64,000 nt of DNA, taken from Promethearchaeota archaeon. Lineage in GTDB: Archaea > Asgardarchaeota > Lokiarchaeia > Sigyniarchaeales > SOKP01. Positions within the stretch are counted from its first letter, which is position 1. Each line of letters opens with the position of its first letter. The notes below the pieces were generated by a model. That model was not told the origin of the DNA. It was given only the letters and a program-made list of their open reading frames with translations, and ran no database searches. The position numbers and the translations under genes were made by a program. Below, one piece after another: positions 49,569-59,032 of the stretch. Where the stretch lies: the NCBI GenBank assembly GCA_048938855.1, contig JBHLLT010000001.1:224124-288123 (forward strand), read 5' to 3'.

Positions 49569-50523
49569 GTTGGATATAAATTCTAAAAAAGGCTTATTTT
49601 TTGGAACCATAACAGTTTTCTTAGTGGGACTGCAACCTGTAATTGCGAATTCAAGGCCCGAAATTATAGATGCATTTATTTTTGCTGCAATTACAGCTTT
49701 AATCGAAGCCGTAGTTTTCCTTCCATTATATTATCTTGAAAGAAGAAAATTAAGTTCAAATCAAGAAATTGACACAAATAAGTCTTTATTGAATGGCTGG
49801 AAAAAAAAAGATAATATAAAATTGCTTGTGTTGATTGGATTATCTTTTGCAATTATTCCAATTTTATTATATATTGGTTATGAAATTACAGGGTCAACAA
49901 ATAGTACCATAATCTTAAAATCTGAAATCATTTTTGGTTTATTATTTGGTTTTTTAATATTAAATGAAAAAGTCACTAAAATTCAAGTTATTTTTTGCTT
50001 AATTTTATTTATTGGATTGTTTTTCACAGTTACTAAAGGATTTACTAACATAAATGAATTGAATATAGGAGTGTTGGTTTTAATCATAAGTGTGGCTTCA
50101 TTTACTTTTATTCATTCTTTAACTAAAGTCAAATTTGATAAAAATGAATTATTTCCTACTCAAATTGTATTTATTAGAAATTTACTAAGTGGATTATTGC
50201 TATTAGTGCTCTATATTATCTTTTTCCCTATAAAGAACCTTCAAATAGTCTTTAATCCTAATTATTTTTTGTATTTTTTATTTATGGGTTTGGATTATGG
50301 ATTTAGTCTATACTTTTGGTATAAAACATTAACCTTCATCCAGATTGGCACTGCTACGATAATTAATTCTCTAACTCCATTCTCCACAGCATTCTTCGCT
50401 TTTATTATTCGCGGCGATCCTTTCACTTTATTTCATCTTATTGGTGTAATTATCATAATAATTTCTATTATTGTAATTGTAAGAGAAAAAGAGAATAAAA
50501 AAGAATTGGAGGTTCAAAATTAG
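49561..50523 (+). CDS. DMT/EamA-family transporter
   Basis: About 10 TM; LFGFLILNEKVT and FAFIIRGDPFT; abuts or overlaps the hgcB stop. Confidence 0.85.
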   Translation: MDKLDINSKKGLFFGTITVFLVGLQPVIANSRPEIIDAFIFAAITALIEAVVFLPLYYLERRKLSSNQEIDTNKSLLNGWKKKDNIKLLVLIGLSFAIIPILLYIGYEITGSTNSTIILKSEIIFGLLFGFLILNEKVTKIQVIFCLILFIGLFFTVTKGFTNINELNIGVLVLIISVASFTFIHSLTKVKFDKNELFPTQIVFIRNLLSGLLLLVLYIIFFPIKNLQIVFNPNYFLYFLFMGLDYGFSLYFWYKTLTFIQIGTATIINSLTPFSTAFFAFIIRGDPFTLFHLIGVIIIIISIIVIVREKENKKELEVQN

Positions 50524-50620
50524 GATTCGAGTTCGAAGTTCGTTCTAAGTTCAACATTATCATCTATTTATAGTATAAATTCTTATTAAATATAATAAAA
50601 TCTATTAAAAGTGAAATTTA

Positions 50621-51199
50621 ATGAAAAAAAGTAAAATTATTCCAAAAGCATATTTATTTCCAATGCCAGTTGCCCTTATTGGGGCAAATGTAAATGGGAA
50701 GCCAAACTTTGAGACACTTGCGTATGTTGGTATTGTAGAAGCTAATCCTCCAATGATTTCAATAGCTTCTTGGGAAACTCATTATACTAACATCGGGATC
50801 AATCAAAATCGAACTTTTAGTGTTAATACACCAACCGAAACTATAGCAGAATTAGTGGATTATTGTGGTATTGTTTCAGGAAAAGAAGAAGATAAGTCAG
50901 AAGTATTTGAAGTTTTTTATGGGGATCTCAAAACCGCTCCCATGGTAAGCCGTTCACCGTTAAATCTTGAATGTGAGGTTATAAAGACTTTTAAGATCAC
51001 AGAATTAGTAGATATCGAGAAAGGGCATGAAATCTTTATCGGAAAAATAGTAAATGTCTATGCAGATGAGGATATTTTAACAGAAGGGATACCTGATATT
51101 GCTAAGTTGAAAACTTACTTGTATTCAATAAACAACTATTGGAAAATTGGCAAAAAATTAGCATCAGCTTTCGAAATAGGTAAAAATTATAAAAAATGA
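50621..51199 (+). CDS. Flavin reductase-like FMN-binding protein
   Basis: FPMPVALIG, FSVNTP, CGIVSG, PLNLEC and HEIFIGKI motifs. Confidence 0.88.
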   Translation: MKKSKIIPKAYLFPMPVALIGANVNGKPNFETLAYVGIVEANPPMISIASWETHYTNIGINQNRTFSVNTPTETIAELVDYCGIVSGKEEDKSEVFEVFYGDLKTAPMVSRSPLNLECEVIKTFKITELVDIEKGHEIFIGKIVNVYADEDILTEGIPDIAKLKTYLYSINNYWKIGKKLASAFEIGKNYKK

Positions 51200-51227
51200 A
51201 GTAAAAACCAAATTGCTTTTGATTAAA

Positions 51228-51794
51228 ATGAGTATTAAAAAATTAAATAAACATGTTATTGAAGGGAATCTACTCAGTCCACTCTCCGTGATTTTGGTGG
51301 GCGCAAATGTTAATAAAAAACCGAATTATCTGGTAATTGGATATAGTTGCCCATTTGATTTTGGTAAATATATTTTCTTCAGCTTATATCCAAAACGTTA
51401 TACTGCAATCGGTATTCATGAGAATATGACATTCAGTGTAAATATTCCTTCGGAAGATCTCGTGGAAAAAGCTAATATTTGTGGAAGTAAATCTGGACGA
51501 GATATTGATAAAAGTGCTCTCTTTGATAATTTTTACGGAGAATTAAAAACAGCGCCTATGATTCGTGAATGTCCAGTAAATATAGAATGTAAAGTACATG
51601 AAATCCTCGACTATGGTGATGGTGAAGGAATTATCGGTAAAGTAATTAAATCTTATGTAGATCAACAATACACTGTGGAAGAAGCAGGAAAAGTGAAACT
51701 TGATTGGAGAAAGATCCACCCGATTATTTGGACCACTGGAGGAGATTTTAATTATTATAAATTAGGAGAACGAATTCTTGTTAAAGAAAATTAA
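51228..51794 (+). CDS. Flavin reductase-like FMN-binding protein (tandem paralog)
   Basis: FSVNIP, CGSKSGRDIDK and APMIRECPVNIECKV; likely ATG 51228. Confidence 0.88.
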   Translation: MSIKKLNKHVIEGNLLSPLSVILVGANVNKKPNYLVIGYSCPFDFGKYIFFSLYPKRYTAIGIHENMTFSVNIPSEDLVEKANICGSKSGRDIDKSALFDNFYGELKTAPMIRECPVNIECKVHEILDYGDGEGIIGKVIKSYVDQQYTVEEAGKVKLDWRKIHPIIWTTGGDFNYYKLGERILVKEN

Positions 51795-51814
51795 ATATAA
51801 ATAGGCGAATTAAA

Positions 51815-52150
51815 ATGTCAGAAATTTTTCCTGAACCTGTATTAAAATTGCCAAGGGCAGATATACCAATAGATGGACTTAAAGCATTTATTGCCCAAGG
51901 GGACTACTTTCAAATTTTATACATGGAATTTGAAAAAGATGTAATTATTGAGGAACACTCTCATGAGAGTCAATGGGGGGTCATTCTTGAGGGTCAAATT
52001 GATTTAAAAATAGATGGTAAAGAGTTTGTATTTACAAAAGGCGATCGGTATTTCATTCCAAAAGGAGTAAAACATTCAGCTAAAATCTATAAAGGGTATG
52101 CCGATATAACCTATTTCAACCAAAAAGATAGATATAAAGTTAGAACATAA
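51815..52150 (+). CDS. Cupin-domain protein
   Basis: HSHESQWGVILEG...GDRYFIPKGVKHSA. Confidence 0.88.
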   Translation: MSEIFPEPVLKLPRADIPIDGLKAFIAQGDYFQILYMEFEKDVIIEEHSHESQWGVILEGQIDLKIDGKEFVFTKGDRYFIPKGVKHSAKIYKGYADITYFNQKDRYKVRT

Positions 52151-52265
52151 ACTTATAATTTTAAAGTTTTTTCTTTCTCGTTTCTTGAATTTAATACAAG
52201 ATCCATAATTTCAGCACGCAATTGTTCATTCTGCCAGTTTCTCTGAATATCTATACTTTATTATC

Positions 52266-53684
52266 TCATCTTTTCTTAATAGATCTTTTCCAAAATATAA
52301 AGCCAATTGATAACACTGTAGCACCAATTATAATGCCGGCTGATATGAGAATAAATAATTCAATCGGGAATGGATTAATCTCTATACCATCATCCCATAT
52401 TGGAAATCTATCTTGAGCACCCCCTGTTCCTCCAATTCCATTATATGGGATATCTCCTATCCCGTCATCATTTTCATCCTTACCATCATAATCATACCAT
52501 AGATTTCCTATTATTCCATTATCCCAACGATTATTAGAGCAATTATCTAGAGCATTTACCCCAAGGGGATTATTAAAAATATTTCTGTAAAAGAAATTAT
52601 AATTGCATTCAACAGTATAGTTTTCTATAACAACTCCAAATTGTGAATTATTTATGATCCTATTATTGAAGAAGGTATTATTGTTGCATCCAGTCTCTAG
52701 CATTACACCTATTTTATTATCTTGTAGTTCACTATGAGATATATTGTTGTAATCACACCAATCTTCAATATATATACCATATCGACTATTATTGTTAGCT
52801 GTATTGCCGATAAGAATATTGTTATCACATTCCCCTTCAAAACTTATCCCGTACCAATAATTATTACTGGCTGTGTTATTCAGAATTAAATTTTTATCAC
52901 AAGACATGTACAAATAAATTCCAAAATTTTGATTTGTCGTGAGATCATTACCAACCGTATTATTAGAAATTATATTATTGTTACAATCATTCTCTAAATA
53001 AATGCCCCCAATATCTCCATTATCTTTAGCTATGTTGCTAAAAATTGTGTTATTATTGCAATTATCTTCTAAAACAATACCCACATAGCCATTCTCCCTA
53101 ATAAAGTTAAATTCAAATGTATTATTATTACAATGATTAACACAATCAATACCGACAGCATTATTGTTATCTATTACATTCCATGAGAGGGTGTTATTTT
53201 TACATCCGTTATTTAAAATAATTCCTCCAAAATTGTTATTTGAACAATCATTATTTATTAAAGTTCCATTGCATGTATTTTCTAACTTAATCCCTGCATC
53301 AAGAGAATTAGAGCCAGCATTATAAATACTACAATTTTGAATTATGAATTTCACAGATTTGGAATTTTCAATTAAAATTCCACTTCCAGTATTAGAAAGT
53401 GAAGCATCAATAGAACAATTTTCAATGTAATAAATTCCATCTTTTTCATTGCACCAATCAAAAGTACTAACTGTATTCGACCAATTATCATTATCACTGG
53501 CATCTATATGGACATAATTTGGAAAATAACCATAAGCCATTTTTATTTTGAATCCATTATTAATTTCATTAATTTTTTCCGAATTAATATTGTAAGATTG
53601 TATTATTCTACCGCTAATGGCATAAGTCATAAATAGGATAAATATAACGCTAATTATAATAACCTTTTTGTTAAATTTAATCAT
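52266..53684 (-). CDS. Surface protein with right-handed beta-helix (NosD/CASH-like) repeats and TM anchors
   Basis: Repeated GIxLxxxCxNNxIxxN; GNLWYDY, D.NDDGIGDIPY and QDRFP motifs. Confidence 0.88.
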   Translation of the reverse strand: MIKFNKKVIIISVIFILFMTYAISGRIIQSYNINSEKINEINNGFKIKMAYGYFPNYVHIDASDNDNWSNTVSTFDWCNEKDGIYYIENCSIDASLSNTGSGILIENSKSVKFIIQNCSIYNAGSNSLDAGIKLENTCNGTLINNDCSNNNFGGIILNNGCKNNTLSWNVIDNNNAVGIDCVNHCNNNTFEFNFIRENGYVGIVLEDNCNNNTIFSNIAKDNGDIGGIYLENDCNNNIISNNTVGNDLTTNQNFGIYLYMSCDKNLILNNTASNNYWYGISFEGECDNNILIGNTANNNSRYGIYIEDWCDYNNISHSELQDNKIGVMLETGCNNNTFFNNRIINNSQFGVVIENYTVECNYNFFYRNIFNNPLGVNALDNCSNNRWDNGIIGNLWYDYDGKDENDDGIGDIPYNGIGGTGGAQDRFPIWDDGIEINPFPIELFILISAGIIIGATVLSIGFIFWKRSIKKR

Positions 53685-53980
53685 TTTGTCATTATCCCCT
53701 CTTTTATTCTTTAAAGCAAAAAATTGATTTTTCCTACTTTAATTAAAGTTAACATTTTTTAATTTTTTCCATTTATATTTAGATTTCATCCATTTTGCCT
53801 ATTTAAAGGCCAACGATGGAAATGTATACCACTTTATTGAAAAAAATATTTAAAATTATTTAAACTTCTGGAGTTTAAATTACATAAGCAGGAAAAAGTG
53901 AATAAGTAATTAGAAAAAACAAATAAGAAAAAAGAAAAAAAATTTAAATTAATTTATAATTTCCAGCCCAATAAATTGTT

Positions 53981-54199
53981 TTACTTGTATTTAATTGACA
54001 GGAGAAGGTCGTTCTTTGTTATTTTCTTCCTATTTGCATGCATTGTAAAGGTTCTTGCTTGTTCAGTTAAAGCACTTGCAGTTTTTTCTAAATGATCAAT
54101 TAATAAGTCAACTGCATTTCGAGCTACAATGCTAGCGCCCTGTTGCTTCATCAATCGGCGAATTGGGCTCCATGCGAAAGAATGTTTCTTTTTAGCCAT
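53981..54199 (-). CDS. Archaeal histone (HMf-type fold)
   Basis: SPIRRLMKQQGA..VARNAV...HANRKKITKNDL; GGAGG RBS. Confidence 0.92.
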   Translation of the reverse strand: MAKKKHSFAWSPIRRLMKQQGASIVARNAVDLLIDHLEKTASALTEQARTFTMHANRKKITKNDLLLSIKYK

Positions 54200-55001
54200 T
54201 TTTTATTCCTCCAACTTTTTAACTAAAATTTTATAAAATTTGAGTTTTTAATTTTTTTTGAAGTTATTAGTAAAGTTTCTTAGATAATATAATATCTGAA
54301 GAGTTATTTAAATGTTATGGCAATTCAGAAGAGTGTCATGAGTTAAATGAAAAAAAATTTACGACAAAAAATTTAGGTTATCAAAAAAGAGTCACCATCT
54401 ATGATCATTCAACTGTTGATCATAGTGAAGATATGAAATGTTTTTGTTATTATAAAAATTATTCAAAGTTGAAAATTGATAAAATAGCTTTTAATATAAG
54501 TTTCGCTATGATTTAGTGGAGAATTAATAATTATAAAATTGATAAAAGTGATCCGCAACAAATGTTAATGTCATCATTTATGTGATCATATGACGGTCAA
54601 TCATTCGAAAAAGTTGAATTAATTTTTATAGAATCAAAATTATTCTCATCTTGAAATTGCTTAAATCTTCTATAATATAGGGCTTTTTGACTTGTAATGA
54701 CGAATTATAAAATTTTATATGAAAAAAAATAATCCCCATGCAATAACTTGATATCAATTATCTGATCTCATCGAATTAGTCATAGATGAATTAAAAAAGA
54801 AATTTTAATCTCAATCTAGGGATCATGGAAGGAATCGAAATATTGAAAGTCATAATTTTATCATGAGAATAAACATCAGTAATTTTTAGAGTTTAATAGC
54901 AAAATTTTATAATTTAAAAGAAAAATTTTAATTAAATCTGATTATTTATATTATCAAAATATAACTAAATTATTCTTTAAAGAGATTCTAAGAGGATTTT
55001 T

Positions 55002-55622
55002 ATGAGCGAACAGCAAATTATGGTTCCTGGGGCTGTAGGAGTTGCAATTAAGTGTAAAGATGGGGTTGTGCTTGGAAATGACCGCCGCGCGACGTGGGGT
55101 TATACTGTTACAAATAAATCAACCCAAAAAGTTTTTAAGATAACTGACTATATTGGTTTAACGTGTTATGGGCTTATAGGCGATTTTCAGATACTTGTTA
55201 GGATTCTCCGGGCACAGGCTAACTTGTATGAGTTAGAGACAGGTGACCGAATCTCCACCAAAAGTATGGGAAAATTAGTGTCTAACTACTTATATTCACG
55301 AAAAATGGCGCCCTTATACACAAATCTAGTCATAGCAGGAATGGATGAGGACGGACCAAAATTATATACCCTTGATGCTATTGGTTCTCTTATGGAAGAT
55401 GATTATGGAACTGCTGGAACAGGAATGCTACTTTCAATTGGAATATTAGAAGCGGAATACAAGAAAGATATGACAGTTGCTACAGGTGAAAAGTTAGTAG
55501 AAAAAGCAATCAGAAACTCGATATCTCGAGATGCAATGACTGGCAATGGAATCGATATTTTAACATTTACTAAGGATGGTGCTAAAGAGAAATATTTTGA
55601 GATTAAAGAGCTGGGAGAATAA
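55002..55622 (+). CDS. psmB: 20S proteasome beta subunit lacking the catalytic Thr
   Basis: VAIKCKDGVVLGNDRRAT, KVFKITD, LDAIGS and RDAMTGNGID; PGAVG in place of GTTT. Confidence 0.9.
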   Translation: MSEQQIMVPGAVGVAIKCKDGVVLGNDRRATWGYTVTNKSTQKVFKITDYIGLTCYGLIGDFQILVRILRAQANLYELETGDRISTKSMGKLVSNYLYSRKMAPLYTNLVIAGMDEDGPKLYTLDAIGSLMEDDYGTAGTGMLLSIGILEAEYKKDMTVATGEKLVEKAIRNSISRDAMTGNGIDILTFTKDGAKEKYFEIKELGE

Positions 55623-55740
55623 ATTCTAATCCCCTCTATTTTTATATTTAAAATGTTCTGCTTTTTTACCATTAAGATTTTATTAAATGAAAGCATACTA
55701 ATTATTAGATTCTCATGTATTCCTAACGGGTAAAATCAAG

Positions 55741-57801
55741 TTGAATTTTTCTAATAATAAATTTAATGATATAAAGGAGATTCATGGTTTCGCGAAAACT
55801 GAGATTCTTGATATTAAAAATACTGTTTTAAAACTCAAATCTGAAGATCCTAATGGAAGTCAACTCAATGATTATCTAAAATCAAAACTTCATCTTTCTA
55901 CTGAAATTTATGATAATTACTCGAATTATATCCAGGATCTGAAAAGTTTTGCAGATAGGTATTTATTAACTACTGAATCATCTGATTATTTTTATTTAAA
56001 AAATGGACTATTAGAAGAATTACAACAATTTTCGGATAATTTACAAAATCTTAGTTCTAATATAAGGAACGTTAAAAGGATAATAAAAAAGAGTACAGTT
56101 TTAGACGATTCTTTAGAGAAGATTGAAGAATTGCTTAAAGATAGTACCCATCTAGGATCTGAAATCCAACAATCAATTAAAGATTTTCAATCTATTCATG
56201 AAGATTCATTAAGTATTTGGACTGAAATTAACAGAATTAAAAATTTAAATTATAAGTTAAATGAAGTTCCTCCTTTAATAGAAGAATGGAGTGAAATTAA
56301 AGAATTAATTACATTCATTATAAGTCTTAATGATGTATTTCTAAATAAAAGTAAGAAAGATAAAAAAGAACGAATCTTAACATTTCATTTTGAAGAAATT
56401 TATCAATTTTTCTATTCAAAAGATGAAAATAAGATAAAATTCTATTCTGATTTGATTTATCTTTTATATTCAAATAGCGTATACGAAACTTATCAGGGAG
56501 AAGAATTTATTAATATCCTTGAGAGAAAAGAGGTTATTCAAAATCTTAAGGATTATATCAATCCATTGCTTATTCAGCTAATTGAAGAAAAATTACAAGA
56601 AATCTTGACTGAGATCGAAGAATTCGATTTAAAAGAGAAAGATGATATTGTAGATTTCAAAAATCTCAAACAACAAAAAATAAGCATATTTTTACCCAAA
56701 ATAGTTGATTATTATATTTTGGGATTGGAAAGAAGTTTCCAAGAAAAAATCCATGATGTAATTGAAGCAGATAAATTTGAGGAAATTACTAGTTTTTATT
56801 ACAAAAAGATTGAAGATTTTTCTGGAAAAATTAATGAAATCGAAGATTGGATATTAAATATAGAAACATTTCTAACTCCTTATGAAAATATTACAATTTC
56901 GTTAAGAAAAATATTTTCAAATGTTTCTTCTGAAATTTTTCGAAGAAAAAATGAATATTTGAGTTTTATAAAGACAGTTAAGGATGAAGAAACAAGAGTT
57001 GAAATTAGAAAGTTCGTATCAGATAAAATCTCTGAAGTGAATGATTTAATTAGAATTTATGAAGATGAAGCATCGATTATAATAAAGGAGGAGTTTCCTC
57101 AACTTAAAAGGATTAGAGAAATCCTAAAAGATTACAGTGAAAGAATCTCAAAAGTAAAAGAATCTGTATATAAAAGGTTGGATTCTGTTAAAACTGATGA
57201 TGTAGATATGTACCAAGTAATAAAATATTGGGAAGACAGTTTAAATAGAAAAAGACAACAACTGACATTTCTAATTTCCTTACTTCTTAATAAGATATTT
57301 AAAAGTTTTAAAGATTTAATTGAAAAGGAAGGAATATTGTTCGCAACTATTACTGAAATCACTGAACAGACGGAAAATTTTGAGGGATTACCTTTAAATT
57401 TTGCCTTATCATCATTTTTAGCTGAGAAATTATCAGAAGATGAGTTAAAAGAAAGAATTACTGAGATTAAATCAAAAGTAAATCAATTAAATAATTCTTT
57501 GGGGCTATATCAAGTAGAACTAGCAAAACTGGAGACAATTTTAGCAAATCGAGTTAAAATAAGAAAAGGTATCTCCGCTTCAAATGTACAATGTACCGTT
57601 TGCCATAAATTTATTAATTTTGCTAGTGATAAAGTAATAACTTGTCCTTTCTGTGGCAGTACATATCATTATTTATGTGTCGCTTTTTGGCTTTCAAAAT
57701 ATAATTCTTGTCCTATGTGTCAAAACCATTTTCTTGAACCTCATTCAGGTTTATTTGAAGATGATGATGAGCCAGAATTACAAAAATATGAAGAGCTTTA
57801 A
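55741..57801 (+). CDS. Long helical/coiled-coil protein with C-terminal RING-variant finger
   Basis: CTVC-x13-CPFC-x4-HYLC...WL..CPMC. Confidence 0.8.
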   Translation: MNFSNNKFNDIKEIHGFAKTEILDIKNTVLKLKSEDPNGSQLNDYLKSKLHLSTEIYDNYSNYIQDLKSFADRYLLTTESSDYFYLKNGLLEELQQFSDNLQNLSSNIRNVKRIIKKSTVLDDSLEKIEELLKDSTHLGSEIQQSIKDFQSIHEDSLSIWTEINRIKNLNYKLNEVPPLIEEWSEIKELITFIISLNDVFLNKSKKDKKERILTFHFEEIYQFFYSKDENKIKFYSDLIYLLYSNSVYETYQGEEFINILERKEVIQNLKDYINPLLIQLIEEKLQEILTEIEEFDLKEKDDIVDFKNLKQQKISIFLPKIVDYYILGLERSFQEKIHDVIEADKFEEITSFYYKKIEDFSGKINEIEDWILNIETFLTPYENITISLRKIFSNVSSEIFRRKNEYLSFIKTVKDEETRVEIRKFVSDKISEVNDLIRIYEDEASIIIKEEFPQLKRIREILKDYSERISKVKESVYKRLDSVKTDDVDMYQVIKYWEDSLNRKRQQLTFLISLLLNKIFKSFKDLIEKEGILFATITEITEQTENFEGLPLNFALSSFLAEKLSEDELKERITEIKSKVNQLNNSLGLYQVELAKLETILANRVKIRKGISASNVQCTVCHKFINFASDKVITCPFCGSTYHYLCVAFWLSKYNSCPMCQNHFLEPHSGLFEDDDEPELQKYEEL

Positions 57802-57817
57802 CTGATTTTAAATAAAT

Positions 57818-58474
57818 TTATAGCTGTGGTGGAAACAAGATTATATTAAAAATCAGATAGAGTCCAAAAATTATCATAAACCCTCCGCAAATAATCAAAA
57901 CATATTTATAAACCTTGACATTCAAGGATTTCCCTCCAAGATAAACAAAGAGAGAAATAGGAACGTACCAAACGAAATCTCCTAATTCATGACCTAGAAA
58001 GAATAAAACGATACCAAAAGGATTTTGAAATGTAATATTTAGACTGATCATTAAGGCTACGCCCATTGCGCTCCACCAAAATAACCAGTATGGATTAGTG
58101 ATTGAATAAAAGATTCCCCCTAGAAAACTATTTCCTTTAAATACACATTTATTTTCCTCTTCTATATTGAATTTTATTTCATAGCGCTTTTTAAAAACTT
58201 CTCGTATTGTTAGAGTCCCAAATGTTATTAAACAAGTACCGCCGATTATTCCGATAAGGATTAAGAAAATATAATTTTGGATTAAAAAAGAAGCTCCTAA
58301 TAGTAATAGTAGGATTAAAGAAAGTTCTAGCACAGCATGGCCTAAAACAATAAAAATTCCGGTAAATGGATTTCTGCTTTTAAACGTTTTGTAAATGGTG
58401 AATGTTAATACTGGTCCAGGAGATAAAGCACCTGTAAGAGCAACTAAAAAGGAGATAATAAAGATTTCAATCAT
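57818..58474 (-). CDS. LysE-family translocator
   Basis: ALSPGP, GHAVLE and NPYWLFWW motifs. Confidence 0.88.
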   Translation of the reverse strand: MIEIFIISFLVALTGALSPGPVLTFTIYKTFKSRNPFTGIFIVLGHAVLELSLILLLLLGASFLIQNYIFLILIGIIGGTCLITFGTLTIREVFKKRYEIKFNIEEENKCVFKGNSFLGGIFYSITNPYWLFWWSAMGVALMISLNITFQNPFGIVLFFLGHELGDFVWYVPISLFVYLGGKSLNVKVYKYVLIICGGFMIIFGLYLIFNIILFPPQL

Positions 58475-58936
58475 TTAAATACCTATCAACCGAATAACTA
58501 CAACTAGAATAACTATTATAGGAATTATCAACAGTAACAGCCATAAGTAAGCTCGTAAAAAACCCCTCCCGACTGATTTAAGTCCATCTTCCCATTTTTC
58601 TTGTGTTTTTTCCTGCCAGTTTTTGAAATCTTCACTGAATTTTTTCGTTTGGGCATCCCATTGCTCTTTTGTCTCTAATCTACGCTGTTCCATATCTTGA
58701 GTCCATTTTTGCAGTTTTTTATCCCAATCTTGCTTTACACCAGCAAAGAATTTATTGACTTTTTCCTTGTTTTGTTCCCATATTTCTGTATTTTTCTTAG
58801 TTTCTTCCTCTAGGGAAGTTTTAAATTTTTCAAAACCATCTTTCATCACATCGATGAAGTTTTGCCAGCCTTTTTGAAAGGGTTTTTCATTTAATTTTTT
58901 ATTATCAGAATTATCTGAAGTATTTTCATTATTCAT
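58475..58936 (-). CDS. Amphipathic helical protein with C-terminal membrane anchor
   Basis: Periodic W/F residues in charged helices; terminal TM. Confidence 0.7.
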   Translation of the reverse strand: MNNENTSDNSDNKKLNEKPFQKGWQNFIDVMKDGFEKFKTSLEEETKKNTEIWEQNKEKVNKFFAGVKQDWDKKLQKWTQDMEQRRLETKEQWDAQTKKFSEDFKNWQEKTQEKWEDGLKSVGRGFLRAYLWLLLLIIPIIVILVVVIRLIGI

Positions 58937-59032
58937 AATTTCTTGTTAATTAATTTTAATATTTAAATTCATTAATTACATTTCAATTATTTACCATAAT
59001 TATTTATTCATAGATAAGATTCTTTATAATTT

